Shown here piece after piece: positions 16,608 to 27,839 of a stretch of 64,000 bases of DNA. Source of the DNA: Candidatus Hadarchaeota archaeon (lineage in GTDB: Archaea; Hadarchaeota; Hadarchaeia; Hadarchaeales; JAGGTB01); assembly GCA_964399085.1 (NCBI GenBank), contig CAYNPN010000004.1, positions 15,680 to 79,679 of the forward strand, written 5' to 3'. A model generated the notes under the pieces. That model saw only the letters and a list, made by a program, of their open reading frames with translations. It was not told where the DNA came from and did not search any database. Position 1 is the first letter of the stretch. Each line of letters starts with the position of its first letter. The position numbers and the translations under genes are program-made.

Positions 16608-19331
16608 TCATTTAGTCGGTATTCCGCCGTCTCCCGATGAGGGCAACGATGGTATATATTCTCGTAGCTTCCCTAGATATTCCTGTAGCTTCCCCTCTCT
16701 GTAGAGATATATTAGAACAACTGCAACGACGACTATAACTATAACAACGATTGCTTGGACGAGTATCCCGCCGGATTCACCGCTAGGTCTTTCGCCGGAT
16801 ATCGCGAACCAGGAGAAATCGGAAACTTCCGCCGAATAGAACACGTGACTTTCATTATCATCGATTATCGAGACGGGAACCTTCCCCCACGATTCTTCCA
16901 GCTTCCATAGCTTCACGTGCCCGGCTTCTATATTTCGATTTTCGAGCCAGGATTTTTCGACTTTGAAGTTTATGACTGCCTGAGAGATTTCGCCGTCCCC
17001 GGCGTTTGTCTTAATTTCCAGGTAATTCTTCGCGTTTTCGGGACACTTCTTCGAAATTTCGGAGGGCTGGTTCTTCTGGACTCGGACGCTTACTTCGACA
17101 TCCTCTGTACCGTTCTCCGATACTAAGGCTATACTTTGAACGGGAGTATTTTCCTCGGAGAAGTTGGCGACCTTATTTTCGCCCTTCCCGATAGGACCGA
17201 CTTCACTTTTGAAGGTGGCGTTTTCCAGAGCGATGGAGTTTTCCGCTGTCGATACTAAACCAGCTTCGTCCCGAACTTGGATACTAACGGTCTTCCGACT
17301 GTTCGGGTAGGATAGCTTAAGATTGAATCCGTTATCGAAATCCTCCCAACTGCTCCACTTTCCCTTGTATTTGTATCTCATGTTATCCACTCCGGAGGTG
17401 GCATCTTCAGCTTCGATCGAGATCCTGACTTTCGGTTGAGTAGTGACGGAATTTTCTCCATTTATTTGCGCGGACTTTATGTTTGGAGGTTCTCCATCGA
17501 AGGACAGGTTCACGTCCCCATCCGATGGGGCCTCTTCGGTCTTCCCTTCGTTGTCGGTCGCCCTGGTGTAGAGCTGATAGTGTCCATCACCCTCCGGCTT
17601 ATCGAAGTCCCATTCCCAGGGCGAATTTTCGTCCCTAGCGAACGGGGACCCCGATCCCCATGATTCATCCGAGTTCTCCCTATATCGATAATATAACTCT
17701 ACGTTCTCTACGTAACCCCTGTTGTCCTGTGCAGAAGCCGTTATCCGCACGTTTTCTCCCGTGTACCATCCGGAGGAGGAAAGGTTGTCTATTGAGGAGA
17801 CGGGGATGTCCAGAACTTCCGTCGTAAACGTACCTGATATGGAATTTTCGTTTCCTACATTATCCGTAGATGTAATTTCGTAGTTATATTCCGTATTTTC
17901 GGCCAGATTTTCTATGGTAAAGGAGTGCTCGTTTTTAAGCGAGCTATCGGATTTGCTGTTATCGTCAGTATCTCCAATCCCGTAGTTTATTTCGCTTTCC
18001 GAGGGTTCGTCAGTTTCCCATTCCAAGTCGACTGAGACCCCGGAAACGGAGACTGAGGGAGAGATTATTTCCGGAGGAGTTCGATCGATTCTGAACTCCC
18101 AGGTATCTGAAAATTCGCTCTTGTTCCCTGCTTTATCCCATACCCTCACTTGGTAGTAATAATTGTCCTCCGTCAGGCTTAAGTTAACTGAACTGGTTGG
18201 GGAATTATATTCAATTTCTCGAGGAGGATTGAATTCGGATTCATTGTCAACCCATAATTCATAACTTTCAATTCCCGAATTCTCGACATCCTTTAGATTG
18301 TCAGTCACGCTTTCCCAAGATAATGTGATTTCACTGTTACTTGTTACCATTCCGTCTTGATCGGAATTGGAGGGAGCTGGAGGAGCTTGCGTATCAACTA
18401 GGAAGGTTCTAACATTAGAAAAGTGGCTATTTTCTGAATCGATAAAGGAACGGACCCTCCAATAATATCTTCCATCGGATAAAGTGAACGGGCAATGATT
18501 ATCCTCAAAGTTTTCGATATTTTCGGGAGAAGAAAAGTCTTGATCATTATCCACCCAAATCTCAAAGTAGTCAGCTTGCGTTTCGTTCTCCCACGTGAAT
18601 TCTACAGTACTTGAGTTTTCATTTGCTCCTTTTATGGGTTCACGAAGTTCTGGCAGTGCGTAGTCAAATGAATATTTTTTGGAATAATCGCTTTCATTTC
18701 CCAAGTTATCTTTCGTTTTCACTTTCCAGTACCATTCCCCGCCTTCCAGGGCTCCGTCTGGAATTTGATAGTGATTTTCCTCTATCCAACCTGAGTCTTC
18801 ATCGATTGAATTGAAGCCTTGATCTTCAGATATACGACATTTATATTCTACAGGAGCTGAATTATCATCGACCGAACTCCATTTTAGATTTGGCAAAGTA
18901 GTGAGAACATTATCGTTCCCTGGAGATATTAAGCTAGGTGATTTTGGGGCAACTGTATCCACCCTAAATTGCCCAATACCAGACCATACCCCCACCTCAT
19001 CCCCATTTTCTCCCCTCACCTGCCAGTACCAGTTATCGTTTCCCAGAGAGTTATTCGAGGGAAGAGTAAATGAATTATCTTGAATGTTTGAGTTATCATA
19101 GTAATTATAATCTGCAAAATCTATGTTATTATCAATCACCAGGCGGTAGTTTTCAGCGTTCTCAAGGGTTTGCCATTCGAAGGTAGGCGCGTTTTCTGAT
19201 ATTATCGAATTGTTATCGGGTTTAGAGATTGTCGGTTCTCCTATATTATTATTTGCAAAAGCGACCGAGCCCGAAAGCAGGAGAAATCCCACTGAGAGAA
19301 TGATACAGAGCAGTGAAATTGATTTCCTCAA
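16608..19331 (-). CDS. Large surface glycoprotein: Fn3/Ig-like repeats, PGF-pre-PGF-like domain, C-terminal TM anchor
   Basis: Signal peptide; repeated Y.W.V....GN.S.WS modules; FKVEKSWL...VSDFSWFAISG; TM helix near the C-terminus. Confidence 0.85.
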   Translation of the reverse strand: MRKSISLLCIILSVGFLLLSGSVAFANNNIGEPTISKPDNNSIISENAPTFEWQTLENAENYRLVIDNNIDFADYNYYDNSNIQDNSFTLPSNNSLGNDNWYWQVRGENGDEVGVWSGIGQFRVDTVAPKSPSLISPGNDNVLTTLPNLKWSSVDDNSAPVEYKCRISEDQGFNSIDEDSGWIEENHYQIPDGALEGGEWYWKVKTKDNLGNESDYSKKYSFDYALPELREPIKGANENSSTVEFTWENETQADYFEIWVDNDQDFSSPENIENFEDNHCPFTLSDGRYYWRVRSFIDSENSHFSNVRTFLVDTQAPPAPSNSDQDGMVTSNSEITLSWESVTDNLKDVENSGIESYELWVDNESEFNPPREIEYNSPTSSVNLSLTEDNYYYQVRVWDKAGNKSEFSDTWEFRIDRTPPEIISPSVSVSGVSVDLEWETDEPSESEINYGIGDTDDNSKSDSSLKNEHSFTIENLAENTEYNYEITSTDNVGNENSISGTFTTEVLDIPVSSIDNLSSSGWYTGENVRITASAQDNRGYVENVELYYRYRENSDESWGSGSPFARDENSPWEWDFDKPEGDGHYQLYTRATDNEGKTEEAPSDGDVNLSFDGEPPNIKSAQINGENSVTTQPKVRISIEAEDATSGVDNMRYKYKGKWSSWEDFDNGFNLKLSYPNSRKTVSIQVRDEAGLVSTAENSIALENATFKSEVGPIGKGENKVANFSEENTPVQSIALVSENGTEDVEVSVRVQKNQPSEISKKCPENAKNYLEIKTNAGDGEISQAVINFKVEKSWLENRNIEAGHVKLWKLEESWGKVPVSIIDDNESHVFYSAEVSDFSWFAISGERPSGESGGILVQAIVVIVIVVVAVVLIYLYREGKLQEYLGKLREYIPSLPSSGDGGIPTK

Positions 19332-19609
19332 TGCATCCCCTCCTTCCAGAAAACCTTATTTATGTTCTTTTAATAATGCTACTGTTCTTAATCCTATAGT
19401 ACACCTTGCTTTATAAATCTGGAGAAATCTTGCCGGTATCCTCCCTTATTTTGATTCAAAACTTCGAAATTCTAAAAATATGTTCGACATCTCGGCCTTG
19501 CATGGTTTGAAGGAAGTCAGATTCAGCCACCGTCCGAGAGGGGTCTACTGCCTCTCGCTGGGCTATTCCGATAATTACAGACACGCCACCGGCGATTTTG
19601 TTCACAATA

Positions 19610-20137
19610 TTATTCTTCCAACTCAAACTCCCATTCACACCAGGCATCATCCGGATGTTCGTCGGGAGGACAAAACACACAGTTTACGTTAATATTGGGG
19701 TTTATGACATTTGCGTGGCTTTTAAAGCAGCCTAGTCCTGCAGGTTTACAGGGTAAGACTTCTCGGCCTTGCTCTAAGCGAATATCCTGACCGCATTTAT
19801 TTATCTGAATTTTTAGACGGTTATCGGTGACTTCTAAGAATTGGGCCTCTAAAAATCCACCACTATAAGTGCAAAGTTCCAGAGATCTTTTGAGAGATTG
19901 AATATCATCTCCCAAATCAAATAGCTCCTTTACCTCCTGAGCTTGAGCTTTGGCTATTCTCGGAAAAATTTTTTCATCCGCTTTAGCCGCTTCCTCTAGA
20001 CCGTGTTCATTCTCTATGTAATAGATCCAATTTCCCTGGCAACCCCAAAAATCATTGCCGGCAATTTCCACTAAATCTATTAGCTCTTCTTTAGAAAGTT
20101 GTCTGAGTATTTCCTTTTTTTCCATAAAATCGTTCAT
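19610..20137 (-). CDS. DUF6125-like hypothetical protein
   Basis: C-terminal CVFCPPDEHPDDAWCEWEF motif typical of this family (recalled). Confidence 0.7.
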   Translation of the reverse strand: MNDFMEKKEILRQLSKEELIDLVEIAGNDFWGCQGNWIYYIENEHGLEEAAKADEKIFPRIAKAQAQEVKELFDLGDDIQSLKRSLELCTYSGGFLEAQFLEVTDNRLKIQINKCGQDIRLEQGREVLPCKPAGLGCFKSHANVINPNINVNCVFCPPDEHPDDAWCEWEFELEE

Positions 20138-20319
20138 ATATTTTAGTTTGAAGATAAAAGCTTTGGGGGATTAAGAGATTTATTGAGATACAAAGGTTAG
20201 TTAAGAAAAACGCTCAGTTCCTATATACCTCTCTCCCCGATGTTTTAAGCCAGGATATCCTTTGCAAGAAGTTTAATTTACTTGGAAGTGAATTTTGGCA
20301 CGAATGATCCTTTCAAAAA

Positions 20320-20916
20320 TTATTTTTCTTCTAGGAGGTAGGAGTATAAATTCTCACCCATCTCAAAAGATTCAAGACCTTCTTCTTCTATTTCGTAAAG
20401 TAATTCCGCCACGATTTCCGCTACATCCATTAATATTTCTTTACATTGCTTGTATCTCGGAACACAGATAGGATCCTCCTTCCAAGGCTCGAACAATTCC
20501 GAACATTCTATCGTGCCATATCTTTCTTTGAATCTATTTACTAATTGATTGTACACAGCCGGTGCGCCGGTACCTTTTGACATTAGTTTCGCTTTTTCTG
20601 GACCAGAAAGATCGCTTTTTATTAATTCTCGGAAATCCTCTCTGAATTCCGGTTCCGCTGAACCTAAAACCAGACCTATTGCGGCTGCACCACCACTGAG
20701 CCCTCCGCAAATATTTCCGGAAAGGCAAAAGCCACCGAAAAATCCATCTAGGAGTTTTACGGATTCAAATGGCAAATCTGTATCTACGAGATCGTATATC
20801 GCTTTAAAAGTACAATAGTAACTAACAGTTCTTTCCCCATAATTCTCTCTAGCGTTTTCCCTAGCTTTGTCTATAACTTCTCTCTTATCCTTGTAAGAAG
20901 ACTTAAAAATTTCCAT
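20320..20916 (-). CDS. C_GCAxxG_C_C family putative redox protein
   Basis: YYC, NICGGLSGG, IECSEL, KQC Cys pattern. Confidence 0.8.
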   Translation of the reverse strand: MEIFKSSYKDKREVIDKARENARENYGERTVSYYCTFKAIYDLVDTDLPFESVKLLDGFFGGFCLSGNICGGLSGGAAAIGLVLGSAEPEFREDFRELIKSDLSGPEKAKLMSKGTGAPAVYNQLVNRFKERYGTIECSELFEPWKEDPICVPRYKQCKEILMDVAEIVAELLYEIEEEGLESFEMGENLYSYLLEEK

Positions 20917-21251
20917 TTCGGTTTTACGACCTTGGTTTACCCATGTTTATTTTTTCCCCTTATTAATGCTTCTTTTGTCTGTGTTAGCCCTACGGGGTTT
21001 AAATGTGTATATCTGCTCTTTATTTATCCGAGCAACCGAACCAAGATTAGAGCAATTCCACAATCGAGGCCAAAAGCCCTCAGAGAACCCACGGTACACT
21101 GAAAAATAGTCAGCGGGTTCGGAAGTGTAAAAGTAGGAAAATACATGATATAGTTTTGAAACTTCAAAACATCTGGAAATAGCAAAATCAAACTCCATAC
21201 CAAGAAGTATTTGAAGCCCTAATTAATACCACACTGATACTCAAAGGACGA

Positions 21252-22712
21252 TTAAGAATTAGTGGAGTCAATTATTAATTTTGCCGTTTTTTCACCGGAC
21301 ATCGCGACTGCGTTGACGCCCCCTCCCGGAGTTGTCCAATGCCCGGTGAGATATAAGCCTTGGATTGGAGTGTTTGGTTGAAGTCTTTTCTTACCCGACT
21401 GTTGTGGAAGAAGGGCCCAACCGTAGGCTGCCCCTTTATAGTTTGAGGTATATCTTTCGATAGTTAGAGGGGTTGCTGTCTCTTTCACTACTATATGCTC
21501 TGATAGATCTGGGATAAGTTTTTCAGCTTTTTTAATCAGTTTTTCAGCTACTTCGTTTTTTATTTCTTGATATTTTTCTCCCCTCTCTCCATCGGTTGTT
21601 CCCCAACGATCCTTAAAGTCATAGTGGAGTGGAGCCGTAATACTCACAGCATGTTTTCCCTCGGGCGCTAGACTAGGATCAATCAAGGAGGGGATGCAGA
21701 CTCCAAAGCACTCACTCATCTCTTTTTTAGTATAAGTCTCATAGACATGGTCATTATCATTTGTGGAATAATATAGAGTTTCTGGGGTTTCTATATCTTT
21801 AGAGCGGAGGTCCATGTCAACACCTAGCCAAAGTTGGAAGAAAGTCATTGAGGGTTTCATTTCTTCTAGTTTTTTCAAAAATCCATCTTCTAGGTTTTTC
21901 CTTCCTATCAGATTAAAAAAGGTCCTTCTAGCGTCAGCATTTGAGATAATGTATTTTGCATTAATTTTTTCCCCTTTTGAAGTTTCAACAGCGCTTGTTT
22001 CATTGTTCTCCACAATTATATTGTCTACCTCCGTATTTAGCCGCATTTCTCCCCCGTGTTTTTTAACTGCCTTTGAAAGAATGTCGGCCAGTTTTTGAGT
22101 GCTTCCTATTGGGTAATACAACCCCTCCACATGGTTACTGTAGAGGTAGGCACACATATCCACGGCAGATATTTTTGATGGAGGTAATCCAGCGTAAACC
22201 CAGCATGCAGATATTATTTTTTTCAACTTTTCATTTTCAAAGAATTCATCAAGGAGTTCTGCAAAAGACGTTTTATAGTATTGGCTTTTTGGAGCGCTGA
22301 TGATTTCTTCCACTTTTTTAAAGAATCTTTGAATATTTTCACTTTCATTGGGGAATCTTTCTGAAAGGTCAGCTATATATTCTTCTAAATCTGCGGCAAT
22401 GGGAATTGATTCTTCGGGATAAGCTACATTCATGAGAGGGTCAAGCTTGTGAAATTCGGCTTCATTTTCAATTTCTAAATCCTTTAAAATTCTGTAAAAA
22501 AATCCATTTTCTCCCAATCCTGATATTGCATAAGCTCCCGAATCAAATGTAAAACCTTTTCTTTTAAAGGAGGTACAACATCCTCCAGATTTATGATGTT
22601 GCTCCAACACCAGAGTCTCTAATCCGTTTTTGGCTAGAAATGAGGCACAAGTAAGACCACCGACCCCTCCACCAATAACTATGGCATCATATTCATTTTT
22701 CTTATCATTCAT
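21252..22712 (-). CDS. Phytoene dehydrogenase-like FAD oxidoreductase (COG1233)
   Basis: IGGGVGGL, GGCCTSF.RKGFTFDSG, ATPLTIERYT, GLYLTGHWTTPGGGV. Confidence 0.87.
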   Translation of the reverse strand: MNDKKNEYDAIVIGGGVGGLTCASFLAKNGLETLVLEQHHKSGGCCTSFKRKGFTFDSGAYAISGLGENGFFYRILKDLEIENEAEFHKLDPLMNVAYPEESIPIAADLEEYIADLSERFPNESENIQRFFKKVEEIISAPKSQYYKTSFAELLDEFFENEKLKKIISACWVYAGLPPSKISAVDMCAYLYSNHVEGLYYPIGSTQKLADILSKAVKKHGGEMRLNTEVDNIIVENNETSAVETSKGEKINAKYIISNADARRTFFNLIGRKNLEDGFLKKLEEMKPSMTFFQLWLGVDMDLRSKDIETPETLYYSTNDNDHVYETYTKKEMSECFGVCIPSLIDPSLAPEGKHAVSITAPLHYDFKDRWGTTDGERGEKYQEIKNEVAEKLIKKAEKLIPDLSEHIVVKETATPLTIERYTSNYKGAAYGWALLPQQSGKKRLQPNTPIQGLYLTGHWTTPGGGVNAVAMSGEKTAKLIIDSTNS

Positions 22713-22976
22713 ATGATAATCGTTAGAGATTTTTGTTTTAGACTTATAAGTTTTTAGCCTCTATTACTCCAGCCTAAAAGAAATAACTTTGAATAACAAA
22801 TGAATACAAATCAATTAAATATACTTATTAATATTTTCAGCATAATTATGATTCAATTTTTAGAATTTAAAACCTCAAAACCCTTTATGGTTATAATTAG
22901 CAGTAAAATTTCCGATTTTTTAAAAGGGAAAAGATTTCGTATCTCTGATATCCTTGCGATTTGACAAGATGATGAT

Positions 22977-23741
22977 TTATCCTGGGCTTATACCAGCTGA
23001 GGTTCCGCCATCAACAATCAACGACTGGCCTGTTACATAGGAAGCTCTATCCGAAAGTAGCCAAGTCACAGCTTCGGCGATTTCTTCAGGTTCGCCCAGA
23101 CGATTCATTTCATTTTTTTTGCTTAACATTTCTACCACATCATCTGGGTAATTATCTAGCATTGATGTTTGAATAGCACCGGGGCAAACTGCATTTATAC
23201 GTATACCATAGCTTGAGTACTCCATAGCGCCTGATTTGGTAAGGGCTACTACCCCTGCTTTGGCCGCATTATATATGGATTGTCCTGGAGGGGGCATAAG
23301 GCCAGCTAAGGATCCTGCATTAACAATCGAGCCTTGTTCCTGCTTCATCATCTCACGGACCTCATTTTTCATGCAGAGCCAAATACTTTTGAGATTTATT
23401 AAAATAGTTTGGTTCCAATACTCTAGACTGTAATCATTCATTAGTTTGACTTCAGGTCCAACTCCAGCATTATTAAAAGCACAATCCAAGGAATCATAGA
23501 CTTCGATTGTTTTTTCCATAAGATTTTCTATGCTATCTTCGTTTGTTACATCCGTTTTTACGAATTTTGCCTCTCCTCCTTTTTCTTCAATCAGGTCAAC
23601 TGTTTTTTTGCCGCTTTCTTTGTCAATGTCGGCTACAACAACTTTGGATCCTTCTCTGGCAAGAACCAACGAAGCGGCCCGCCCAATTCCGGAGCCTCCT
23701 CCGGTAACTATTGTAGTTTTACCATCCAATTCTTTTTCCAT
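22977..23741 (-). CDS. Short-chain dehydrogenase/reductase (FabG-like)
   Basis: TGGGSGIG, NNAG, YNAAK. Confidence 0.92.
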   Translation of the reverse strand: MEKELDGKTTIVTGGGSGIGRAASLVLAREGSKVVVADIDKESGKKTVDLIEEKGGEAKFVKTDVTNEDSIENLMEKTIEVYDSLDCAFNNAGVGPEVKLMNDYSLEYWNQTILINLKSIWLCMKNEVREMMKQEQGSIVNAGSLAGLMPPPGQSIYNAAKAGVVALTKSGAMEYSSYGIRINAVCPGAIQTSMLDNYPDDVVEMLSKKNEMNRLGEPEEIAEAVTWLLSDRASYVTGQSLIVDGGTSAGISPG

Positions 23742-23766
23742 CTTTTATCCTCCGTTTAGTGATTAG

Positions 23767-25518
23767 TCAATCGATCTCCTTTGCTTCTTCTTCGAGAGCC
23801 TCTCTGTCGGTCTTCAATCCCTTTTTGCCGGTGGGTATCTCTTCCTTAAAGACTATACGAGCTGGCACCTTGTACCCGGATATGTTTTCTTCCGACCACT
23901 CGATCAATTCTTCCTCCGTGATGCTTTCCTCGTACTCCGGATTTATCTCCACGAATGCCACGGGCACTTCTCCCTTCTTGTCGTGGTCTCTCCCGACTAC
24001 GGATGCCTTGACTATGGCTGGATGTTGCATCATGATGTTTTCTATCTCCGCGGGGGAAACCGTGAAGCCCGAGACCTTTAGCGTGTATTTTCTCCTGCCG
24101 GCGAAATAGAGGAATCCGTCCTCGTCGTACATGCCCAGGTCGCCAGTCAGCAAAAATCCGTCGTCGAGATAGTCTTTCTCCGTTTCCTCGGGTCTCTTGA
24201 AGTACTCAGGTGGAAGTGCGGGATCCTTTATCGCTATCTCCCCTACCGTGCCGGACTCGAGGGTTTCATGTGTCTCAGGATCGACGATTTTGATATAGGT
24301 TTCCGGCATCGTTACCCCGATAAAGACGTGTCCATGTTCGTTTTGTTTATCCAAGTCAATATCTTGAAGGTCAAAGGTCCAGGTATTCATTGACATTGTT
24401 TCAGTCAATCCGTATGTTACATCACATAGTTTAGCACCATCCGTAATTTCTTTCCACGTCTCCCTCGTTTCTTTCGTTAGAGGTAAATTGTACTGAGTGG
24501 AAGCTAGAAGACTAAAGGAAGATAGATTAAATTGTTCCAACTCCTCGTCCGGCATTTTAGCAAACTTTTCAAAGAGATCAGAAGGTGCCCACATCCAGTC
24601 AGGATTATACTCATCAACTGAATTGATTAAAGTTCCGGGTTCAAAGCGAGTTAGGAGGATTACACTTCCCCCTGAATAGAGTATAGTTCCGGCTTGCCCT
24701 CCTCCAGCCGTGTGAAATACTGGAACGAAAATTATTCCGTCTCGTATTCCTTGGTGGAATCCCAGATAATTATACATGCAAGACAACGTATACACTATCC
24801 CCCGGTGTTTATGTAGGCATCCCTTCGGAAGTCCTGTAGTGCCTCCGGTATAGTCGAGAGAAGCATCATCATCTAAAGTTAACTCAACATCCGTGGGAGA
24901 TGTATCGTAATCTTCGATTGAAGACATTAAATCAATTCCTCCTTCACAACTTGGTTTTTCTTTCAAATCCTCAGGAAAAGAGTAAGCCGGGTCTTCTGGA
25001 AGAAAATCAAGCAGGCTTGTTATATAGACTTCCTCTAATTGACTTTCTTTTCTTGTATCCTCCACAGCTTCAAAGTTTAGGTCTTGAGTGACAATAAGAT
25101 TCATTTCCGTGTCATTCAAAACGGGTTCCAGCTCATATTTTTCCCACTCGGTATCCATAGGCACAACCGTACAACCTGATTTCATAACACCTAGATGAAC
25201 AATAAAATATTGAGGGCAGTTGTAAAGATGATTGCCGACAAAATCTCCTTTCCCAAAGCCTTTATCTCTCAAAAAATTCGCGAATTGATTGCTCAGCTCA
25301 TCGAGTTCTTTGTACGTTACGTCCCGCCCGTAGTAAGAGATGGCATTTTTATTTGGATGCATTTTTGCTCTCTTGGATATTATTTCGGGAAATGTATCTT
25401 CACCGAAAAGGTAAGGAAGCTTCCAATACTTTAGATCTCTCTTTTCGGCTTGCTCCTTCCTTTTCTTGAATAACCTTTCAAAATACTCCTTATCTTCCTC
25501 GGAATACATTTTTTTCAT
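23767..25518 (-). CDS. AMP-forming long-chain acyl-CoA synthetase
   Basis: YTGGTTGLPKG, YGLTE, TGDLG. Confidence 0.9.
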   Translation of the reverse strand: MKKMYSEEDKEYFERLFKKRKEQAEKRDLKYWKLPYLFGEDTFPEIISKRAKMHPNKNAISYYGRDVTYKELDELSNQFANFLRDKGFGKGDFVGNHLYNCPQYFIVHLGVMKSGCTVVPMDTEWEKYELEPVLNDTEMNLIVTQDLNFEAVEDTRKESQLEEVYITSLLDFLPEDPAYSFPEDLKEKPSCEGGIDLMSSIEDYDTSPTDVELTLDDDASLDYTGGTTGLPKGCLHKHRGIVYTLSCMYNYLGFHQGIRDGIIFVPVFHTAGGGQAGTILYSGGSVILLTRFEPGTLINSVDEYNPDWMWAPSDLFEKFAKMPDEELEQFNLSSFSLLASTQYNLPLTKETRETWKEITDGAKLCDVTYGLTETMSMNTWTFDLQDIDLDKQNEHGHVFIGVTMPETYIKIVDPETHETLESGTVGEIAIKDPALPPEYFKRPEETEKDYLDDGFLLTGDLGMYDEDGFLYFAGRRKYTLKVSGFTVSPAEIENIMMQHPAIVKASVVGRDHDKKGEVPVAFVEINPEYEESITEEELIEWSEENISGYKVPARIVFKEEIPTGKKGLKTDREALEEEAKEID

Positions 25519-25581
25519 ATCTTCACCCCCTTTTCGGGCTTTTTTATCAAAAGATTCTATTTTTTTATAGAAAATCTATTT

Positions 25582-27468
25582 CTAGAGGTTATTCAACCCC
25601 AATTCTTTGAGCTTTTCTTCTTTTGGAACGCCCTTTTCGACGTCCCAACCCCTTTCCCGGTAATAATCGTCAAGCATTTTTTCAATATCTTCCTTTTCCA
25701 ACCTATTTCCGAACCAATCCTTTAGATAATTGTCTGCCAAAGTTTTTTCTGTGTTTTTAACCCAGAGACTCGGTATTTTATCATCTTTTCTGGTGAATCC
25801 TTCTCGGACATTTAGAGCTTTTTCTAAATTAAAGCATCTCTCCCCTGCTCGGAGAAATTCCCTTGGGGATACTTCGATGCCAGTAAGAGCAGAATAAATT
25901 TTGGATAGCCATGGGACATCCCGTATTTGATCGAATGTCCAGTGAACAACACAATCACAGATTCCTAAACAGTTGTAGAGATACTCTGCATCGTGGGCAT
26001 GTTTCGCTAGTCTTCCTTGGTTAAAGGAATCGTCTGTGAAGATTCTATCTATTTCCTCGTCGGTCAGCCCCATTCTTTTAGTGTCGAGTTTTATATCTTC
26101 TACAGACATCACTCCTTTGGGCCAATAAGTGTCGCTGTGAGAATGTTTACCTTTTGAATGTACAACATGTGAAATTCCCATAGAGGGACCGAAGTTTGAT
26201 GGCCAAAGTCTAGCATCAACCAGTGTATCCACTCCCTTGGTAATGGAGGCACCCATCTTGAAATCTTTAGAAGCCTCAACGCCTATTTCTTCTGAAAGTG
26301 CGTACCAACCCTTACTCATGAAGGCTCCAATATCCTCCTTTTTGACTATTTTTTCGACAAGTTTAAGGTAGGAGTCCAAATCGCCTATTTCTAGTTCCAG
26401 ACCTCCTGTGTCCGATTTGGTTACAGCTCCTTGTTCGTACATTCTGGTTACAAAATATATCATCCTTATCGTCGTGAGATGTCCGAGTCCTACCCTGTTC
26501 ATTTTGTCCATCAATTTGTACATTGCCCCGATATCGTCAAGCCTTAATCTTTTCATATAATCTATGGGAACTGTTGGGTCACCGCCTTGAAGTGTCACTC
26601 CTTCGTATTCGCCCTCATCAATTCCGACAGTCGCTCTGCAGGCGCCCATACAGGAAGTGCAAGCTCTAATCGTTTTCATATTTGATTCTAATACCTGATC
26701 GACAGCTGGACGATGGAGGGTAGGTTCTGTCTGGTAGTCGGGGTCATTCAGAATCTCCTCCCGTTTTTCCTTAAGCACTTCCAAGAATCTTTTTTTATCG
26801 TTAACTTTGATTCCTTTTTCACCCAGTGTAACGACTGCTTTGAGATTTTTGGTCCCCATCAATGCTCCTACGTCTCGGCCGAGAGAGTTCAAATTATCGA
26901 GAGTCGCTTGAGCTATTTTAACTAAGTTCTCACCAGCTTGCCCCATTGTCCAGACGCCGGGCTTACCTGTTTTTCCTTCATGCTTTTTGACCAACGTTTC
27001 GGTAGCTTGGTGAATGTCTTTGCCCCAAACATCTTCCGCATTTAGGATTTCTACCTCGTCATCTGTTACTTTTAGATAACATGGATTTTCAGCCTGACCA
27101 GTGATTACAATATTGTCATAACCGGAGTTTTTCATCATTGCTCCGAATCTTCTACTCCCTCCCATGGAATAAGAAACAAAATATTTCTCCTCTTCCTTAC
27201 TCGCGAGTATAGGATATTTCGTAACCAAGTAACATTTTCCAGATCCAGGAACGAGTGTACCTCCCAAAGGTCCGAGTCCAATGACCAAGGGATTTTCCGG
27301 TGAAAGAGGCTCCGTTCCCGGTTCTAGCTTTTCATGGAGGAGTTTAAAGCCCATTCCCGGACCCCCAACGAATTTTTTCGCAGTGTCCATATCTAATGGT
27401 TTTTCTTCAATACTGCCATCGCTTAGATCGACAAATAGATTTTTTCCGGCGTAACCATAATAATCCAT
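25582..27468 (-). CDS. Tungsten aldehyde:ferredoxin oxidoreductase family protein
   Basis: GYAGKNL.VDLS, MGTKNLKAV, CTSCMGAC, DYYRERGWD. Confidence 0.9.
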   Translation of the reverse strand: MDYYGYAGKNLFVDLSDGSIEEKPLDMDTAKKFVGGPGMGFKLLHEKLEPGTEPLSPENPLVIGLGPLGGTLVPGSGKCYLVTKYPILASKEEEKYFVSYSMGGSRRFGAMMKNSGYDNIVITGQAENPCYLKVTDDEVEILNAEDVWGKDIHQATETLVKKHEGKTGKPGVWTMGQAGENLVKIAQATLDNLNSLGRDVGALMGTKNLKAVVTLGEKGIKVNDKKRFLEVLKEKREEILNDPDYQTEPTLHRPAVDQVLESNMKTIRACTSCMGACRATVGIDEGEYEGVTLQGGDPTVPIDYMKRLRLDDIGAMYKLMDKMNRVGLGHLTTIRMIYFVTRMYEQGAVTKSDTGGLELEIGDLDSYLKLVEKIVKKEDIGAFMSKGWYALSEEIGVEASKDFKMGASITKGVDTLVDARLWPSNFGPSMGISHVVHSKGKHSHSDTYWPKGVMSVEDIKLDTKRMGLTDEEIDRIFTDDSFNQGRLAKHAHDAEYLYNCLGICDCVVHWTFDQIRDVPWLSKIYSALTGIEVSPREFLRAGERCFNLEKALNVREGFTRKDDKIPSLWVKNTEKTLADNYLKDWFGNRLEKEDIEKMLDDYYRERGWDVEKGVPKEEKLKELGLNNL

Positions 27469-27695
27469 TATTCATCCCCCTCCGTTTTTGTGGTAATAGC
27501 ATCATAAACACAGTATTCAGCGCATAGGGTGCAAGATTCTATACAATCGTCTGTGAAGCGAATTTCTTCTGGGAGGTTTATTATTATGTTGGCTTTTTCG
27601 GGGTTAAATTCCCCGGTGTGAGTTAAAGAGCAAATAAGTTGGCATGTACCACATTCAGTACATTCATTTGGTTGAATAGATATTTTTTTGCTCAT
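27468..27695 (-). CDS. 4Fe-4S ferredoxin-like AOR partner
   Basis: CTECGTCQLIC and CIESCTLCAEYC; overlaps the AOR start. Confidence 0.85.
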   Translation of the reverse strand: MSKKISIQPNECTECGTCQLICSLTHTGEFNPEKANIIINLPEEIRFTDDCIESCTLCAEYCVYDAITTKTEGDE

Positions 27696-27839
27696 CTAGA
27701 GTTAATTTATTTACATCCTATAAAAGATTTTTCAGGGGGTTTGTTTGGATAATTCCCCTTAGAGCGTTTTATTTTCAATATCAAAAGATAAGAGGGTTTA
27801 CTGGGTAAAATATTACAAACTTAAGTTTTAGATATCATT

